The notes under the pieces are model-generated. The model did no database searches and had not been told where the DNA came from. It saw only the letters and a list, made by a program, of their open reading frames with translations. The position numbers were made by a program, and so were the translations under genes. A stretch of 64,000 bases of DNA from Camelus dromedarius (Eukaryota), in the NCBI RefSeq assembly GCF_036321535.1, contig NC_087437.1, positions 84,198,001-84,262,000 on the forward strand, read 5' to 3'. Position 1 is the first letter of the stretch, and every line of letters starts with the position of its first letter. This document shows positions 52,838 to 64,000 of the stretch, one piece after another.

Positions 52838-52938
52838 GGGGGGAGGAGGAGGAGGAGAAGAAGGAAGAAGGGGGAAGAAGGAAGAAGGAAGAAGGAAGAA
52901 GGGGAAGGAGGAGAAGGTGGAGAAGGAGGAGAAGAAAG
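52838..52938. repeat. Polypurine low-complexity tract (GGA/GAA/GAAG)
   Basis: About 100 bp of purines on the plus strand with a single T (52918). Confidence 0.92.
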
Positions 52939-53944
52939 CTAACCTCTAGTGGCCCCAGGAACAAAGTCCTCAAATTTGGAAAATTGGGAAATAGAGAATT
53001 TTTTAATATGAATCTCAGAAATAGTCCAAGTGGCCAAGGGCTTGTAAGGGATTAAAGTTTGTGTGAATGGGTGAGTTAGCCTAACTTGAATCTGCCTGTT
53101 GGTGTTCTACGTGGAAATGACAAATTGATGCAGCTATTACTAGATTAGTGATTAAGGTATGAAGACATTTTCTTAGTTTTTACTCTTCTGTTTCTAAGTG
53201 AGTTTCAAATTATTCTGAAAATCCCCCCCCCCAATGCCTCCTCCTTTATCATTTGTTTTCTTCTTATGTATCTAGTTTCTGCCCTTTGTCTTTGGCAAAC
53301 CACTACTGGGAATGACAAATTACTAAATGGATTCAAAGGGCACATGTAGGTGAGTGAACAAGTGCAATGGCCTAGGAAACACAGGAATGGACCATGCTGC
53401 TCCTCTCTACCCACAGCTGCTTCTGCCAGACTGAGGCTGATTTGCTTTAGCTAAAACAAAATATTTCAACTGAAAACTAAGGGGGAAATTTTCTGTGAAT
53501 CTTCACAATGGAATACAGAAAAGTAATCTTGGGAACAGCTGCCTGCATTCTTACTAAATTCCTAATTCTTTTGAGATTGCACTCTTTTTGATCTAAAATA
53601 TTGTTGAAGTACACTTAGACACAGGTAATCCTACTGAAAATGGATTTAGTATTAGGACTGGAAGCAGGTCCTGATCAGAACTGAAAACAGAAGGAAGATC
53701 ATCATGTTATATTTCCCCTTTCACTGCACTACCCAATTCAGTCTCTGTTCCCCAGTTTACACTATATGCCACTTCAGTGTAACTTTCTTGCTCAAGAGAC
53801 AATCAATGCTAAATTCTTCCTTGAATGGCATTCAATTTCCTCCATGGTCTGACATTAATTAACTTTCATTTCATCTTCTTCCCTGTAGACGTTGTCAGTA
53901 CGTCTGCCTAATTCATCTGATCTTTGAGGATGATTTAACAACTC

Positions 53945-55440
53945 TGTGCATGAGGGCTGTCATTTTATTTCACAAAACTGCAGAAGTCTTTGTGTACACA
54001 TTGGTTAGAAATGCTAAGGAATTATTATTCCTAGAGGAGAAGCCCTTCACAAGTAACTCATGGAATTTAGTATATCAGACATGTGTTTTATACCATTTCC
54101 CTGAATGTCCTGGTGGGATTAACCTCCAGTTATGTGCGATATTAACTAGCTTAATAAAGCCCCCTTTATTGCTGCCATCCTTTTTCTGTATCACTTTTCT
54201 TCCCTGATCCATGCTTCCTGCATCTACCAAATAAACTGTAAAAATTCAAATTGTTATCTCAGCATCAGCTCACAGGGGAACTGCAACCAAGTCAGTTGGT
54301 ACAAAAAATGATTCAAGGAAGCAGGTAGCCTAGTAAGTGGATTACTCACTAGCCAAACAGCAACAAGAATGCCACTGCTGGGAGTGAGTAGTGATACCCT
54401 CCGGCATTCTGAAGTATCTCAATTACTGCCATTCTTAACTGAGGTGAACTGGGTTTTCATAAGGTAGAAAGGTTGCATTGGTTTACATAATATCTCTAGA
54501 ATTTGAAAAAGATGCAAAGCAGAGGTAATTATAAGGACAATGGTTACTGTTAAATGCCATCAATGCATTGAAGGAAGAAAAATGACATACTGAACTCACA
54601 AACACCCAACTCCAACAGACAACATGGTGCGAAATAAAAGGCTTTTTAAAAAAATAATAGCATTTATAGAGACACTAGTCTTCTGCAGCCAAAAGGCAAC
54701 AGGGATGCAAACCAAGCTCAGGACCTGACTGTGCTAGGAACCAAACTGCAGAGAAGGATGAATTCACAGCCTTGTCATATCTCTTACAAGTCAGGCATGG
54801 ACAGGGAAGTTTCTATGCCCTAGAACAGAGATGGATGAATGTACTTGAGAACTTGAATCCCCAGATATCCCTAAAATCTATGGGCCTGTAGAAATGGTTC
54901 ATTCACCCTTTCTAGAAGACAACAGACTCCCTTTGCTTGGGGGACATGCAGTGGCCTACTCTCAAGTAGATATTTGGCAAGACAAAGCCTGCCCTCCTCA
55001 AGATCTCTCTCTCCACCTCAGTCAAGCTTCTAGGCTACAGCTATCGTCAATTCTCAGTAAAATCCAACAGTGGCGGTACTCTCCCTTTATTGGGAGGAAA
55101 GCGATTATTGATCAAATAAAGGGTAGAGTTAGGGGTCTGCTTATGAAACTGGTTTCCTAGTTTCAGTAAGAATGATGGGATTTCAGAACAGCAGAAGCCA
55201 GATGATGACACTTAAATGTAAGAGTGAAGGTGAACGTAACTGTTCTAAATGCAAAAATGGGCAGCCTAGCTTGAATGGCAACCAGGAGGTACTGACACAC
55301 CAGGATGTGTGGCACTGTCTAACAGACATGACAGTCCCAGAAATAACATGATAAGAAATAAATGAAGGTACTGCTGGACCTACAAAACCAAAGATTTTCA
55401 AGACCAGGAGCCATCAGTACTGATAATGAAGTCATTATCC
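53945..55440 (+). mobile_element. ERVL element: LTR16A-like LTR (to ~54294) followed by ERV3-16A3-like internal sequence
   Basis: LTR end ggtgggattaacctccagtt...ccaaataaactg...ggggaactgcaaccaagtca, directly followed by gttggtac...ggaagcag...actcactagccaaacagcaac...gaggtgaactggg. Confidence 0.7.
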
Positions 55441-55444
55441 CAGA

Positions 55445-55665
55445 CCTCTATAGAGGTAAAAAGTAGATTAATGCTTGCCTACTGGAGTTTAGTGTAGTTG
55501 AGGTGGATGGTGGGGGTCTGGGTAAGGATTGCTAATGAGTACACCACAGCATTGGGGGATACTTTCTAAATTTTATGGTGATGGTTTCACAATTCTAAAT
55601 ATACTAAAGTCACTGAATTATACACTTTAAGTCAATGAATTTTATAATATAGAATTATATCTATT
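55445..55665 (+). mobile_element. L1M 3' terminal fragment
   Basis: tatagaggtaaaaagtagattaatgcttgcct...ggtgatggtttcacaattctaaatatactaaagtcactgaattatacacttt. Confidence 0.7.
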
Positions 55666-56009
55666 AATTATATAACATATTAATAAATGTGTCAAATAAT
55701 AATATTCATTCCTTTCTCTCTTGTGCATCATGGTTGTATTATTTAAGACAGTCCATGTGCAAACTGAACAATCTTAAGTAAAAGGTAGAATTTACTCGTT
55801 TCTACTGTACCTCAGAAAAGGAAGGGATGAAGTCAGTCACAGGAAAAAAAAGGATTCCAAAACTCAAACGTTGTTAGAAATTTCAGTCTTATTCTCTAGT
55901 GTTTGTTTATTGACTTTTGTCTGCCTTACAGTATATGAAGTTTGTTCATATAAAGGTAAACATGGTGTCAAGCAATTCAGGGCTTAAATCCTTATAACTT
56001 TTTCTTAAA

Positions 56010-56220
56010 TTTAGACTTTGGAGCTATGCATGCTTGTCTTCAAATCCATAATTTACAAACTATGTGATCTGAGAGATTTATTTTGATCTTCAATTCATAA
56101 TCAAAGAAATAAAATTAAAAGTACCTTTCTTTCCATAGACCATTTCAATCATTTTATGAGATAACACATGTACAATGCGTAGCATAATATCTAATATGGA
56201 GTATATATTGAAAATATTGG
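56010..56220 (+). mobile_element. MIR SINE (degraded)
   Basis: agactttggagc...ttcaaatcc...ctatgtgatctg...tgagataacacatgtacaatgcgtagcataatatct. Confidence 0.55.
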
Positions 56221-56519
56221 TTTGTAATCTAGAGGAAAATCATCTAGGTTAGTGAATGGCAGTAAGCCTCTAACTTAATGGTCAGGAAGTGGGTAAAATC
56301 AAATATTCCTTTTCAGAAATGTGAACAAATAAACATGGGATGCAAATGGAGTGGAGGTGGGAGGACCAGTTAGCATTTGGAACTAAACCTGAAAGTTTAT
56401 TATACAGAGTGATTATAAAAACCATGAAAGCAATGTTGAAATCAAGCTTATGAAGGAAGGATTCTGGGAATAACTAAAACCATGAGTTAGTCCCACTATT
56501 TTTTTAAGGCTACATTGTT

Positions 56520-57130
56520 TTACTAGGTGATCCCAATCAGACTGATGATTTTAAATATCAAACTTTTACCAAAATGTCCAAAATTGTATCTAGAGTCCTG
56601 ACCTCTTCACTGAACTCCAATCTCATATATACAGCAGTCTTTTTCGAAATATTTACTTAGCTGTTTTATAGGTATCACAAAACATGGTTGAAACAGAACT
56701 CTTGATTCTCATCCTCTACCCTTCTGCTCCTCTGCTAGTCTTACCCATCCTAGTAAATGCAACCAACAATCTACCAGATAGTCAAGGCAATAGTCTAGGA
56801 GTATCCTTCCCTTATTTTTCCATCATATCTAACATATAATTCAACAGCTAGTTGTATAAGCTTTACTTCACAAACATATCAACACACATCAATGTTTTCT
56901 CCATCTGTGTTGCTAACAACTTAATTCAAACAATCATCTATTATTAGTACTATTACAACTGCCATCCAACTAGTCTTCTTGTTTTCAGTCCTCCTACTCA
57001 TGATCCATTTAGTGATCACAGTAGAGCAAAGGTGAACCTTTAAAAATAAAAGTAAGACAATTATTGGGGGAGACTCACCAAAATGATTATGAAGACTGAG
57101 TTTTAGCAACAGAAATAACAAATGAGTACT
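56520..57130 (+). mobile_element. L2 fragment
   Basis: cctgacctcttcactgaactccaatctcatatat...aaacagaactcttgattc...gtctaggagtatcctt. Confidence 0.6.
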
Positions 57131-57269
57131 TCATGATATCTCATTATCAACCATCTCTCCCTCCAACACACATATGTAGTAAAGATGCCAAGGAAAAAGC
57201 CAGTACATGTAAATCTTAATCATTCAAAGAAGTAGCATTACCAATATTACAGTACTGGTCAATATTATT

Positions 57270-57470
57270 AACAGTATTCATTGAATGAGTATAACCACTG
57301 CATTAAGGTTTTACATGTAATATCACTTTTAGCCCTCATAAAAATCCTATTAAGTAGGTAATATTACCCACATCTTACATATAAGGACGACTAAGTCTTA
57401 TGGAAGCTGGGTCACTTCCCAAGTGACTCACTTCCCAAGTCAGAGAATTAGCAAACAGCAAAACTGAAAA
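57270..57470 (-). mobile_element. MIR SINE
   Basis: ggttttacatgtaatatcacttttagccctcataaaaatcctattaagtagg...cacttcccaagtc. Confidence 0.55.
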
Positions 57471-60049
57471 TAAAAATCTTCAAGGATTATGCAGAAAGAG
57501 CCCAATATTCAATGAGTTGAGTCATGTTACTGAAGAACAACAGAATACAGGCCCATAAGCTCCCACTGCTGAGATGTGAGAGACTTTTTTGAACCAGCTG
57601 CTATGAGGCACAGCTTTACTACATTTTCTCTACTTCTTGTGATCTAATAGTTCAGTTTGGGGGGAGACTGAATGCATTGTACATAATTATAGGTCTCTTG
57701 AACTTAAATAAAAATTAACAGAACTAAATTATTACTTTTTTCAGCCTCCTAATTTTATTCAACTAATGAGAATTCTAATATAGCTTGGTTATTACTCCCA
57801 AAGATTCTGTTATTTTTGTAACACCATTCAGTGCTATATTGATAGGAATTATAAATGACTGAAATTTAGTAACTTCTATTATTCTTTGCAGGTACAAGTT
57901 TCTCAAGTCTGAAATATTTTCCCAATTACAGATTCTTTACAGTGAAATAGAAAAGTTTCATTAAAAGTGATTAATTAAAGCATGCTTCTGCATATATGAA
58001 AATATTTCCAGATATTTAGAGGCCCCATTTTATATCTTTATTTGGTTCAAATTTTCTAAATTAAATTGAGGACATCTGTAATATGGCAATGTCCTTAGCC
58101 TTCCAATATTGTGAACAGTTATTTCTGCAAACACCCTGCAACTTCACAGATTTCCCTTCATTCTGGGTGCTATGTTTTGACCTACTAGTGCCATCATATT
58201 ACTTCTACCCAAATCCCTTTCAATGACTTTCTGTTATTTTCCAGATCACTCTGCACATTATTCCTGCTCTGTTCAATATGGTTAAGCTAAGTCCGTAAGT
58301 ATTTTACTTCATTCAATTGTATTTTTCCCATCACTGTGATTCAGATTTTCTATATCTTTTATCTTCTCTTCTGTACTGGGTTTGTGGTATTATCTGGACA
58401 ATGTTTTCCTCCCTTTTTGTTAAATTTCATTTTAATGCCTTAATTTTCCTGCCAAATTCACTCATTCATCCATTTGTAAAATGTGTCTTCTGGCTTCCAG
58501 GTATCTCTATTTATGGAATTCTAAGCTCTGTAACCAGTGTTTACTTCACATAATTTAATTCCAAAGTTATAACATTCAACTAAAAGGAATGATAATGCCA
58601 ATAGAGTCCACTAGATTTCCTCCCAGAACCTTAAAAACCTGATAGTTCTTTCCCAGCTTTGGGGTAAGTACATTATCTGTATCCATTTGAATTATGCTAG
58701 GTGAGGGAGAGTCTAGTCAGTTCGATGGGTCACAGCTATCTGCATATGCTTAAAGTTTCTGATTCACTCCTCAGAATTAATTCCTATCATCTATGTGCCT
58801 CTTATTAGCAATTTCCCAATAAGCTTCTCAGACAGCAGAGAACATAAAGGGAGAACTTTTTTCCAATTACCAATCTCTAAGCCACCTCTGTATAAACGGA
58901 TTAGGAATAAACTTGTAAAGAGATTCATATGTATTGAATAATGTTCTAAGCTTTTTCATGTTCTTTTTACAGCATGGACTTTTTCCATTTAGCAAGTTTT
59001 TGACACTGACCTGATGAAACATTTGCCTAGGAATACACTGGGCATGTTTACTACTGAATTTCCTAATGAATACTGATTCACGTAACATGAAAAAGGCATT
59101 TGTTTTAAACATTCTTATCCCTCAGAGCTACCAGCAAGTGATTCTTCAGTTGATTTCTTCAAAGCATATTTTATATCACACAAGCCACAGTTTGTATTTG
59201 CTTCTATTTGTAACACTTTTTAACTGACTCTTATTTTTTAATTAAAATGCGTTCATCTAAAAAGTCGTTAGCATAATGTGTGAGAAGGTGGGAAGAAACA
59301 GATTCAATGACATGGATAATAAAATGAGTGTTGTTCATTATGTATCTTTTTAAGTCATTGAATTTTGTCTGTGAAGGTTAAAATAAAGATCATTCAATAA
59401 AAAGCATCAATGTGAATCTTTACTTTTAAAATCTCTTCTTGTTTCTATAGATGCATTGCCATAATATTTTTTTAGGTCATATATTCCTTTTTTGCCATTA
59501 ATCTTGGAATTTATCAAAAATGAGCTCAGAAAAGACTGGGAGTACCGATGCAAATTATCAACAGAACTAACTCTAACTTCCACAACTTTAGTGGAAATTC
59601 TTCATACCAAAACTGTTTTCCTGCTGCTTTCCTGGAATACTTTAAATACGTCTGGTATAGACATTGAAAAACCATAAACGGTATGAATAAAAATCAAGTC
59701 TATTCACATGTATGAATAAAACTCATTAAAATACATGGAAAGCTGAATAAATATAAGATATACAGCATGCCTATGGATAAAATCACTCAGTATTAGAAAG
59801 ATATATATGATCCATCTTTTTGAAAGGCACCTTGTCAACATATATCAAATTTTAAAATGTATACCCCTTTTACAGTATTTCTACTCAGAAATATGTCTAC
59901 AGAAATACAGCACAAGAATGTTTACTGAGGAGTTTTTCTAATAGTGAGAATTAGAGACAAATGAAATGCCTACAATAGGTCAATGGATAAATTATAGCTG
60001 ATCTATATTTTAGAATATGTTATAGATGTTAATATAGCTCATTAATCAT

Positions 60050-60865
60050 TCAAATTATTCAATAATTCATTCAACAAATATTTTTAAGAACCTGTTATGT
60101 GCCAGACAGTGTTCTATTTAGGGCAGAAGTCAGTAAAAATATAAGACAAATTCTCTGCTTTCCCAGTTCATTATAGGTTAGCTTGTTTAAAAGAAAATAA
60201 ATTTTAAAGGAAACACACAAAGTATCAGTGGTAAAAAGTGCCATAGAGAAAAATAAAGTGAGGTAAGGTAAGGGAGCTGTAAGTGAATGAGGGAGTATTC
60301 TTTTATGGGAGATAATCAAGTGATATTTGAAACTTAACTGAGGGGGCAAGACAAGAGGAAATCTGGAGAAAGAGCATTAAAAGAAGTGGAAATAGATTAA
60401 AGAGCATGAGTTGGAAGTAAGCACAGGTTATATGAGAAACAGCAAGGGGCCAGTGTGACTGGAGTTCAGTGTGCAAGGTTGGGAGTGGTTAAGAATTGAG
60501 TTCAAAGAGACAGCTGAGGAGGAAAGATCACTAAGACTCAAGCAGGCTGCAGTGAGGATTTTGGCTTTTACCCTTAATAAGATTTCAAAAGACTGGAAGG
60601 TTTTGTCAGAAAGAATGACAAGATCTGGCTTACATTTTAAGTGGGTCATTTTGGTTGCTGTCTGGGATAATAGGTTGCAGAAAGCAAGTGAGGAAGAGAC
60701 AGCAGCTAAGATGCTATTGAAATAGTCAAGTGAGAGGAGATAAAGTTTGGAACAGGATAGCAGCAGGAAATGCAATGATTCCAGATATATTTTCAGGTTG
60801 GCCTGTTAGGCCTTACTAATGATTTGGAATATGAGGTGTAAGAGAAAGAGGGAATGGCAAGTATG
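60050..60865 (-). mobile_element. L2 (L2a/b-like) 3' region
   Basis: ttcattcaacaaatatttttaagaacctgttatgtgccagacagtgttcta...gaaacagcaaggggccagtgtgactggag...gaggattttggcttttacc...gaagagacagcagctaagatgctattg. Confidence 0.85.
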
Positions 60866-62459
60866 AGACAGATCAGCACGTGCTGATATAGAAGTTTGCC
60901 CACGACATACAGGTAAGTGAGATAAAAGAAATCTGCATAAAAAGGTATAGAACTGGACCATTTTTACTTAAAAAAAAAAAAAGGCCTGGAAAGATAGATA
61001 TGAGTTTTAATAGCAGGTAACACTACGAAAGGAAGCAGAGCTAGAAACTCACATTTTGCTCCATGGACTCTGGTATTAATTGAGTATTTTATCACCAGCA
61101 CATACCATTTCTGTAATTTTTTAAAGCAATTTTAAAATCGCTTCCTCACTGGATGAAAGAAGATACGTAAGATGAGTATTTAAATTAGAAGTAAATGTAA
61201 TTCTAATAATTGATTTGTAATTTTTAATAATATAAATACTAAAATGAATTTCCAAATACAACTTTTCAATAGTGATTTAACAATTAGAAATGTAAATCTT
61301 ACACTTTATTTTTCAATAGTAAAAATACTAAATTGAATTTTCAAACACAATTTCTCATTGAAAAAATAACTATGTGATTAGCATACAACAAAGTGGGGCA
61401 AATCTAAGTTACATGGTATGGTGGAAAAACATAAGCTGTAGAAAAATACACAAAATACTGAAATTCAAATACTAACCCTGATACTGGGTAACAGTAAGTT
61501 TAGAAAACATTATCTATCTAATGTGCCAGTCACGGTCCTCATGGTGCTTATCAGGCCATTCATCAGAAACCTCAGAGCACAACTAGCTCATCCTCTTGTC
61601 TGGATAGGTGTTTTGGGGAATGCTAAATGATGATGGTCTCCTCCTGGCATCATGGAGCGATGAGATAAGGGCCCCTCATGGATGATGAGAAAGGATTAAG
61701 TTTTCCAAGAGCCCTGGCTGTCAGCATCAGGCCTATGCACCTCCCCTGCCCTTAGCTCAAACCAAGTAAATCACATTTTCTTAGGTCGCTGAGAAACAGT
61801 AGGAACTCTTCTCTTTAATTCCTATCTTTCTTCCTCTATAGAGTCCATACTACTTTTCATGACTATCTCAAGTCACAGAGATCTCTTCTATTAATTGCTA
61901 TAAATGTAAGGACTATAACACCAAATTTGCATTTATAATCTACCCACTGCATTGTTTTCTGTTCTCATAAAGGAACCAATTTATGATATAACCTAGAAAT
62001 TCCCATCAAAAGATGCGATTTTATCAATCCATAGGTTCAACACTTCAAGTAAACTTAAATTAGTTACTTAAACTTATCTAATCTTCAAATTCTTTATCTG
62101 TAAAATAAAGAACACAATATAACTTCACAAAGTTGATAATTTTGAATCTCCATTAGTGAAGCTATTTGATAAACTATAAAATATCATGTAAAACAATTAT
62201 GATAATGATGATGATTATCTATACAGTGTATACTCTTATTATATCATAATCATCTTGATATCAGAGATTGTCTCTTAATATTTAAGATACTCAAATTTTC
62301 TCAGCAAAGAATTGTGTGCCTTTTTATTAGGAGGTATTAATAACTGAGTAGTTAGTAATGAGTACTTTGTAAATACTCTTGAAATCTAGTAAGTTCACCT
62401 TTAATAAAATAAAATATAATAAAGCTAAAGAAGCATATTTTGATTTCTTTATGTTACAA

Positions 62460-64000
62460 ATATGAGATAAAGTACACTAGAACAAAGAATTAAATCAAGT
62501 GATAGGTTAAAAGATATAGTGTGTTCACGTATTGGAAAAACTAATATTGTTAACATGAACATACTACCCAAAGCAAAATATAGGTTCAGTGCAATACCTA
62601 TCAAAATATCAAGGGCATTTGTCATAGAACTAGAACAAATAATTTTAAACTTTGTATGGAAACACAAAGGATCACAAATAGCCAGAACAATCTTGAGAAA
62701 GAAGAACTGAGCTGGAGGAATCACATTCCCTTACTTCAGATAGTAATACAAAGCTACAGTAATCAAAACAGTATGGTACTGGTACAAAACCAGACATATA
62801 GATCCATGGAATAGAATAAAGAGCCCAGAAATAAACCCACAGACTTAGAGTCAATTAATCTATGACAAAGGAGGCAAGAATATACAATGGAGAAAAGACA
62901 GTCTCTTCAATAAGTGGTTCTGGGAAAACTGAAAAGCTATATGTAAAAGAATTAAATTATTAGAACTTTCTTCATACACCTTATACAAAAATAAACTCAA
63001 AATGAATTAATGTCTTAAATTTAAGACCAGACTAACCAAAAAATTTAAAACCAGAAAATTTAAAACCATAAAACTTCTAGAGAAAACAAAGGCAGAATAC
63101 TCTTTGACATAAATCAGAGCAATATTTTTTGGATCCATCTACTAAAGCAAAGGAAAAAAGGCAAAAATAAACAAATGGGACATAACTAAATTTAAAATGC
63201 TTTTGAGATTTGCAAATGTTAATCACTATATATAAAATAGATAAAAGATGAATTTCTTCTGTATAGCACAGGGAACTATGTTCAATATCTTGTAACAACC
63301 TTTAATGAAAAAGAATATGAAAATGAACATATGCATGACTGGGACATTATGCGGTACACCAGAAATTGACACATATAAAAAATTCAATAAAAAAGAACCT
63401 CCCCCCAAAAAAAGCTTTTGCATAGCAAAGGAAATCATCAGCTAAACAAATAGACAACCTACTGAACAAAATATTTGCAAATGATATGATTGATAAGTGG
63501 TTAATATTCAAAATATAAACAGTTCATACAACTAAACATCAAAAAAAAAAAAAACCTAATTAAAAAATGAGCAGAAGACCTGAATACACATTTTTCCAAA
63601 GAGGAAATGCAGATGGCCAACAGGCACATGAAAAAGTATACAACTTTAATCATCAGAGAAATGCAAATTAAAACCACAATGAGATATCACCTCAAATCTG
63701 TCAAAAAGGTATCAACAAATAACAAATGTTGAAAAGATGTGGAGAAAAGGGAACCCTGTACACTGTTGTAGGAATATAAATTGGTGCATCCACTGTGGAA
63801 AACAGTATGGAGGTTTCTCATAAAACTAAACCTAGAACTACCATGTGACCCAGCAATTCTACTTCTGGATATATATCCAAAGAAAACAAAAACCCTATTT
63901 TTTTTTAAAGATACATGCACCCAATGTTCATAGCAGCATTATTTACAACTGCCAAGATATGAAAGGAACCGAAGTGTCCATCAATAGATGAATAGATGAA
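62460..64000 (+). mobile_element. L1 ORF2 3' half, moderately degraded, running off the window end
   Basis: ORF 62519..62710 (CSRIGKTNIVNMNILPKAKYRFSAIPIKI...) is ORF2p-like. ORF2-like DNA continues with stops and frameshifts through 64000. Confidence 0.9.
63206..63408 (+). mobile_element. Short L1 3' UTR fragment nested in the older L1 ORF2
   Basis: gagatttgcaaatg...ctgtatagcacagggaactat...caccagaaattgacaca...aataaa. TSD aaaatgcttttg (63194-63205) / aaaaagcttttg (63409-63420). Host ORF2 resumes with catagcaaagg. Confidence 0.8.

Larger units (their letters stand above)
35394..64000 (-). other. EPHA6: Upstream intron of EPHA6 (continues beyond the window)
   Basis: No other Eph-like coding segment was seen, and the sequence is repeat-filled. 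The short preceding exon was not recognised in the window. Confidence 0.8.

Noticed and set aside
52761..53055. Charged (E/K/R-rich) and L/S/F-rich ORFs
   Set aside because: Both are translations of the polypurine low-complexity tract.
57411..57442. Short direct repeats here (tcacttcccaagt x2) and at ~3860, ~4355, ~11466, ~39017, ~48025, ~48966 and ~63040
   Set aside because: 10-25 bp slippage duplications are expected background in mammalian introns, and I see no shared motif or periodicity.
1..64000. tRNA, rRNA, snRNA or miRNA genes, a CpG-island promoter, or a novel multi-gene system
   Set aside because: None recognisable by eye, and CpG is depleted throughout. Small structured RNAs cannot be excluded without Infernal or tRNAscan.

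Overview
AT-rich, repeat-dense mammalian genomic DNA lying entirely inside one large gene on the minus strand. The only real coding sequence is a single 664-bp internal exon (34730-35393, minus). It encodes most of the ephrin-binding domain and the start of the Cys-rich region of an EphA receptor tyrosine kinase, best matching EPHA6 (the large exon usually numbered 3). Everything else is intron: ancient L2 and MIR, old L1M, MaLR/ERVL/ERV1/Gypsy-like LTRs, two hAT DNA transposons, microsatellites, and several younger L1 insertions with target-site duplications (TSDs). The young L1 3' ends, and the absence of recognisable Alu, B1, Bov-A, PRE1 or Can-SINE elements, suggest a camelid genome (inference from memory, not a search). 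I see no evidence of a new gene system. The most interesting observations are: inverted young L1 copies bracketing the exon, a candidate intronic polyadenylation site just behind the exon, a hairpin masking a cryptic donor, two 5'-inverted L1s with breakpoints at similar L1 positions, and two near-perfect 104-126 bp tandem duplications that may be assembly artefacts. Repeat family names are from recalled consensus sequences, and the boundaries of old repeats are approximate.
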